Positions 60,008-64,000 of a stretch of 64,000 nucleotides of DNA are shown piece by piece. The notes beneath the pieces are model-generated. The model was not told the DNA's origin. It did no database searches and worked only from the letters and a program-made list of their open reading frames with translations. Within the stretch, counting starts at the first letter, position 1. The number at the start of each line of letters is the position of its first letter. The position numbers and the translations under genes were made by a program. Origin of the DNA: an uncultured Candidatus Saccharibacteria bacterium (GTDB taxonomy: Bacteria; Patescibacteriota; CAZHWT01); the NCBI GenBank assembly GCA_964554805.1, contig CAZKPX010000001.1, positions 317,798 through 381,797 on the forward strand. The letters run 5' to 3'.

Positions 60008-60901
60008 ATGCCAGAGTTACCGGAAGTTGAAACTATTGTGGTGGGTTTGAGAGAGGCCTTGGTGGGGAGGGTGATTGAGAGTCTAGATGTTCGGTTGGCC
60101 AAGACGGTGTGGTTGGGGGATGTGCGGGCGACTGGGGAGGTGGAGGTTGAGCAGTTTGTAGCCTTGGTGAAGGGGAAAAGGGTGGAGTCTGTTGATCGAC
60201 GGGCTAAGATGATAATTGTGGGATTGTCGGATAATACTTGTCTGTTGATTCATTTGAAGATGACGGGGCAGCTGATTTATGTTGATGAGGCTGAGCAGCG
60301 GATTGCTGGAGGGCATCCGACTCGGGAGATGATGGGGGAATTGCCGGCTAAGTCGACGCGGGTGATTTTTAAGCTGGACAAAGGGATTTTGTACTACAAT
60401 GACCAGCGGCAGTTTGGGTATGTGAAGGTTATTCCTAGCAGCGCCTTGGCAGAGACGGAGCCGTATAAGAGTTATGGTCCGGAGCCGATGTCGGAATTGT
60501 TTACGGTAGATTATTTAGAGCGGATGATTAAGAGACGGTCGCGTATTACTATCAAGCAATTGTTACTCGATCAGTCGGTTATTGCTGGTGTGGGAAACAT
60601 ATATGCTGATGAGGCGTTGTTTGCAGCAAGAATTTACCCAGCTCGTATGACGAGTAGCCTAACTAAGAAGGAGATTTTGCTGTTGCGAGAAACAATTCGA
60701 CAGGTGTTGGCACTCGGCATACAGTATGGCGGGACGTCGAGTGAGCACTATGTGCAGGCTAATGGAGTCAAGGGAACGATGCAGGATTATTTGGAAGTGT
60801 ATCGTCGGGAGGGGCAGAGTTGTTCGAGGTGTGGGGCTGAGATTGGCAAGACGGTGGTTGGGGGTAGGGGAACGCACTTTTGTCCTAATTGCCAGCTCTG
60901 A
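60008..60901 (+). CDS. mutM: formamidopyrimidine-DNA glycosylase
   Basis: N-terminal MPELPEVE; H2TH; C-terminal zinc finger CSRCG..CPNCQ; ends with a TGA stop. Confidence 0.85.
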   Translation: MPELPEVETIVVGLREALVGRVIESLDVRLAKTVWLGDVRATGEVEVEQFVALVKGKRVESVDRRAKMIIVGLSDNTCLLIHLKMTGQLIYVDEAEQRIAGGHPTREMMGELPAKSTRVIFKLDKGILYYNDQRQFGYVKVIPSSALAETEPYKSYGPEPMSELFTVDYLERMIKRRSRITIKQLLLDQSVIAGVGNIYADEALFAARIYPARMTSSLTKKEILLLRETIRQVLALGIQYGGTSSEHYVQANGVKGTMQDYLEVYRREGQSCSRCGAEIGKTVVGGRGTHFCPNCQL

Positions 60902-61116
60902 TCATAGGTTGGAGAGCGACAAGAATGGGCGAGGAGTTAAATCAAAAGGCAAAGGTCAAAAGGCAAAAGTTAAAATAAAAGGTCAAAAGTTGTCTTTAAT
61001 CTGAGAATACAGCCAGTCAATTGCTCATACCTACTATGCAAGCAGCTAACTCTCAAATCAACGCATACCACTTTTGATTTTCCACTTTAACTTTTTCCTT
61101 ATTGTAGCTCTTTGCT

Positions 61117-62181
61117 TTGTCAGTGGTGTATAGTAAAGGCATGAATAAAGATTCTCAGCTGAAGGTTACTATGATTTCGGAGAGTGTGTTTACGGTGAAG
61201 GGGCATGGGGTGCATACGGCGTTTGTGGAGATGACGGCGGCGCTGGAGGCTCGGGATGATGTGGATGTTAAGGTGAATACGTTTCGACGGGCGGATGTGA
61301 CTCATATTCAGACGGTTGGTGGTTATTCTTTGCTGCATTTGTTGTTTGGAAGTGGCAAGAAGGTGGTGTCGGTGCATGTTATCCCAGATTCATTTGTGGG
61401 ATCGCTGGTCGGGGTTAAATATTGGTACGGACTGTCGGTTTGGTATCTGAGGTTCTTTTATGGACGAGCTGATCGACTATTGGCTGTATCTGAGGTGGTT
61501 AAATCAACTTTGGAGGGTCAGCTGAGAGTCAAGAAACCGATTGAAGTACTGTATAACACGGTTGATCGAAAAAAATATGCTAATAATGAAGCTGATCGTA
61601 AGGCTGCTCGGGAGAAGTTGGGTATTCCAGCTAATAAAAAGGTGGTTGTGAGCAATGGACAGGTTCAGCCTCGCAAGCGTTATGATGTTTTTATAGACAT
61701 GGCCAAGCAGATGCCGGAAGTGCAGTTTATTTGGGTGGGAGGCATTCCGTTTAAAAGCTTAGGCGCTGATCATGAAAAAATGGAAGAGATGATGACCAAC
61801 GCACCGAGCAATGTTAAAACGACTGGGGTCATTGATTTGTCTGAAGTGCGGGATTATTTTTGGGCAGCTGATGTGTTTTTCTTGCCATCTAACCAAGAAA
61901 ATCATCCGTTGGCGGTGATTGAGGCGGCGGCTAGTGGATTGCCAATTTTGGTACGAGATATTAAGGAGTATGACGCTTCGTTTGGTCAAGATGTGGTGCG
62001 GGGGACGGATGAGACCTTTAAAGAGTTGATTGAGAAGCTGCTAAACGATAAGGCTTTTGCTGATAAGGCTCGTAAGGGTGCGGAGAGTATTATTGGCCGG
62101 TTTGATAATGTGGCTGGTGGCCAGCGGTTGGTCAAAGCGTATGCTTTGACGGTGACGAGTACGAGCGACGAGCACGAGTAG
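61117..62181 (+). CDS. glycosyltransferase family 4 (GT-B)
   Basis: E-x7-E-like C-terminal motif EAAASGLPILVRD; 354 aa. Confidence 0.7.
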   Translation: MSVVYSKGMNKDSQLKVTMISESVFTVKGHGVHTAFVEMTAALEARDDVDVKVNTFRRADVTHIQTVGGYSLLHLLFGSGKKVVSVHVIPDSFVGSLVGVKYWYGLSVWYLRFFYGRADRLLAVSEVVKSTLEGQLRVKKPIEVLYNTVDRKKYANNEADRKAAREKLGIPANKKVVVSNGQVQPRKRYDVFIDMAKQMPEVQFIWVGGIPFKSLGADHEKMEEMMTNAPSNVKTTGVIDLSEVRDYFWAADVFFLPSNQENHPLAVIEAAASGLPILVRDIKEYDASFGQDVVRGTDETFKELIEKLLNDKAFADKARKGAESIIGRFDNVAGGQRLVKAYALTVTSTSDEHE

Positions 62182-62195
62182 ATAAACACATAGGC

Positions 62196-62310
62196 ATATT
62201 GCCATTGCGAGGGAATGTCAGGACCGCGGCAATCTAGCTTATGATGCGGCTGGATTGCCGCGCTTCGCTTCTGCCATGGGGCGGACAGGCGCAATGACGA
62301 GCAGCGACAT
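62196..62310 (+). repeat. inverted pair of hairpins related to the R3 core (cattgcgag..cgcggcaatc)
   Basis: gccattgcgagggaatgtcaggaccgcggcaatctag plus an inverted copy ggattgccgcgc..gcgcaatgacg. Confidence 0.45.
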
Positions 62311-62356
62311 TCAAAGTTATACGTTACAGGTTCGACTTTTGAGGTATACGGTTTTG

Positions 62357-63499
62357 TTACTTTAGCAGTGATTGGTAGAGAGTTTCGAGTTTGTCGGTGG
62401 TGGTGGGGAGGGAGTAGTCTTGGACTATTTGTTGGCCGCGGTTGCCCATGTCTGCTACTTGGTCGGGATGTTCTAGTGCCCAGAGGATGAGCTTGGCGTA
62501 GGCAGATGGGGTTTGGGTGGGGGCGATGAGGCCGGTCTGTTGGTGTTTAATGACGTAGGTGAAGGCTTTGTCTTTGGCTACGGTGACGGGTGTGCCGCAA
62601 GCTAGACTCTCTGGTACGGCTAGGCCTTGGGTTTCGGTGGTTGAAGGGAGGAATGACATGTAGGAGTCGCTGTAGGCTTGAGGGGTTTGGGATGGATCCA
62701 TGAAGCCGGTGAAGTGGACACGGCGACTGACGCCGAGATCCTTGGCTAGATCTTTGAGGGAAGCTTTTTCTGGACCGTCTCCAACAATGACTAAATCGGC
62801 TTGTGCTTGCTTATTGGCAGTTTGGGCAAAGCCTTTGATGAGCAGGTCGATTGATTTTTCTTTGCCTAATCTTCCCAGATAAAGCAGCAATTTGGTGTCA
62901 GCAGGCAGGCCTGTTAAGCCATGAAGGAAGGATGATGGTTGAGAATAATATTTGGTGGTATCGATGCCGGTGGGTAAAATCGTGATGGGTTTTTTGACGC
63001 CGCATTCAATAAGGCTGTCTTTGATTTTTTCGGTGGGGGCAATGACATGGTCGGTGGAATTGACGAAGATGCGGGTGACCATTTCGATAGCCTTGGGTTT
63101 GATAACCTTGCCTTTGAGAATGTAGTGAGTGTATTGGTCGAACATGGTGTGGTAGGTGAAGATATAGGGAATGCGCTTGATGCGAGCTACTTCCAGGCCG
63201 AGCATGCTGATAGGGCCGCCGGCGTGACCATGGATGATATCCAGATCGAGCTGGCTGGCCATGACCAGGGAAGTGCCAGGGACGTAGGTGGCGACGCGGA
63301 GGTTTTTTTTGGTGGGCAGGGGCATGGATCGAAGTCTGAAAATAGCTTGATCGGCCTCATCTTGGTAATGAGGGTATTTGGGGGCAACAATAAAGGTGGA
63401 GTGTCCCCGCTCTTCTAGCGTGCGAACAGAGGATTGAACGGAAGTGGCTACGCCGCTGATGCCTGGGAAATAGCCGTCGGTAAACATGCCAATTTTCAT
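62357..63499 (-). CDS. glycosyltransferase family 4 (GT-B)
   Basis: N-terminal MKIGMFTDGYFPGISGVATSV; C-terminal ESLACGTPVTVAKD; 380 aa. Confidence 0.7.
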   Translation of the reverse strand: MKIGMFTDGYFPGISGVATSVQSSVRTLEERGHSTFIVAPKYPHYQDEADQAIFRLRSMPLPTKKNLRVATYVPGTSLVMASQLDLDIIHGHAGGPISMLGLEVARIKRIPYIFTYHTMFDQYTHYILKGKVIKPKAIEMVTRIFVNSTDHVIAPTEKIKDSLIECGVKKPITILPTGIDTTKYYSQPSSFLHGLTGLPADTKLLLYLGRLGKEKSIDLLIKGFAQTANKQAQADLVIVGDGPEKASLKDLAKDLGVSRRVHFTGFMDPSQTPQAYSDSYMSFLPSTTETQGLAVPESLACGTPVTVAKDKAFTYVIKHQQTGLIAPTQTPSAYAKLILWALEHPDQVADMGNRGQQIVQDYSLPTTTDKLETLYQSLLK

Positions 63500-63633
63500 A
63501 TATACAGTATACAGTAAACTTAGAACTTATAGCTTATACGGCAAAACTGCAACTTAAAACTTTAAACGAGCCAGCTTTGGTGGAGAATAGGGGGTGGCGC
63601 AGCTGAGGGTCAGCTGCGCCGGTCTGTTTTTTG

Positions 63634-63993
63634 TCAGTCTCCGATTCCATGATAGAAGGGGCCGATGCTGCGGTGGCGAACGTAAGGCTTGTTTGGAGCC
63701 AGATTATGCCTACGCTGCCATTCTTGTCGCATCTGATCGTGCTTGATAGGGTCGTAGCTTTCGTGATGGGGCTTTTGGCTCCGTATCTTGAGTTGGTCAA
63801 GATGCGCCTGGGCATCAAGTAGGTTGAGCTTGATGGATAAGATGGCGGGGCGACTCGAAGGGGTGACTGGCTGGCCTGGTTGATGGCTGATTCCAGTATC
63901 AACGATGATGCCTGTGCCAAGATCGACAAAGAATTGATAGCCGCCGGCAGGGCTCATCGGACTGTCAATTGCCATCAGTCCTCCTGAATACAT
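63634..63993 (-). CDS. hypothetical protein (5' end beyond the window)
   Basis: The ORF is open to the window edge; no motifs. Confidence 0.25.
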   Translation of the reverse strand: MYSGGLMAIDSPMSPAGGYQFFVDLGTGIIVDTGISHQPGQPVTPSSRPAILSIKLNLLDAQAHLDQLKIRSQKPHHESYDPIKHDQMRQEWQRRHNLAPNKPYVRHRSIGPFYHGIGD

Positions 63994-64000
63994 GCGCGAT

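Overview
The window is a roughly 45-50% GC bacterial chromosome segment with a Patescibacteria/CPR-like gene set (inference). Core genes include dnaG-rpoD, a TrmB-like regulator, NUDIX, LOG, truB, an M23 peptidase, Fur, ftsH, polA, fpg, two GT4 glycosyltransferases, a XerC/D-like recombinase, a sortase with an LPXTG/DUF11 surface protein, two type IV pilin-like genes, a RAYT with REP/REPIN elements, and eight tRNAs. A conspicuous high-GC (about 60-65%) island of roughly 12 kb at about 10.7-22.5 kb breaks this backbone. It is ORF-poor and packed with a modular, mosaic family of structured non-coding repeats, here called R1, R2, R3 and the b/e element, several of which show compensatory base changes between copies. 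Among these repeats sit a Pol-beta-type nucleotidyltransferase, an 1144-aa DEAH/HrpB-like helicase with a long C-terminal extension, a Zn-ribbon protein and small hypothetical ORFs. A CCGCC(A/G)(A/G)(C/T)TGGCGG hairpin recurs at about 10 sites. It marks the junctions of a tandem two-module GIY-YIG (YhbQ-like) gene inserted into the 5' part of tRNA-Asn, with the tRNA 5' end regenerated at each junction, and it also marks a tRNA fragment next to tRNA-Ile(UAU). Other notable points are a tmRNA-like tRNA-like domain, a (CAGAGAA)7 tract in front of the sortase gene, a GCGACRAG repeat inserted in-frame in several essential genes, and a HAD hydrolase interrupted by an in-frame TGA.
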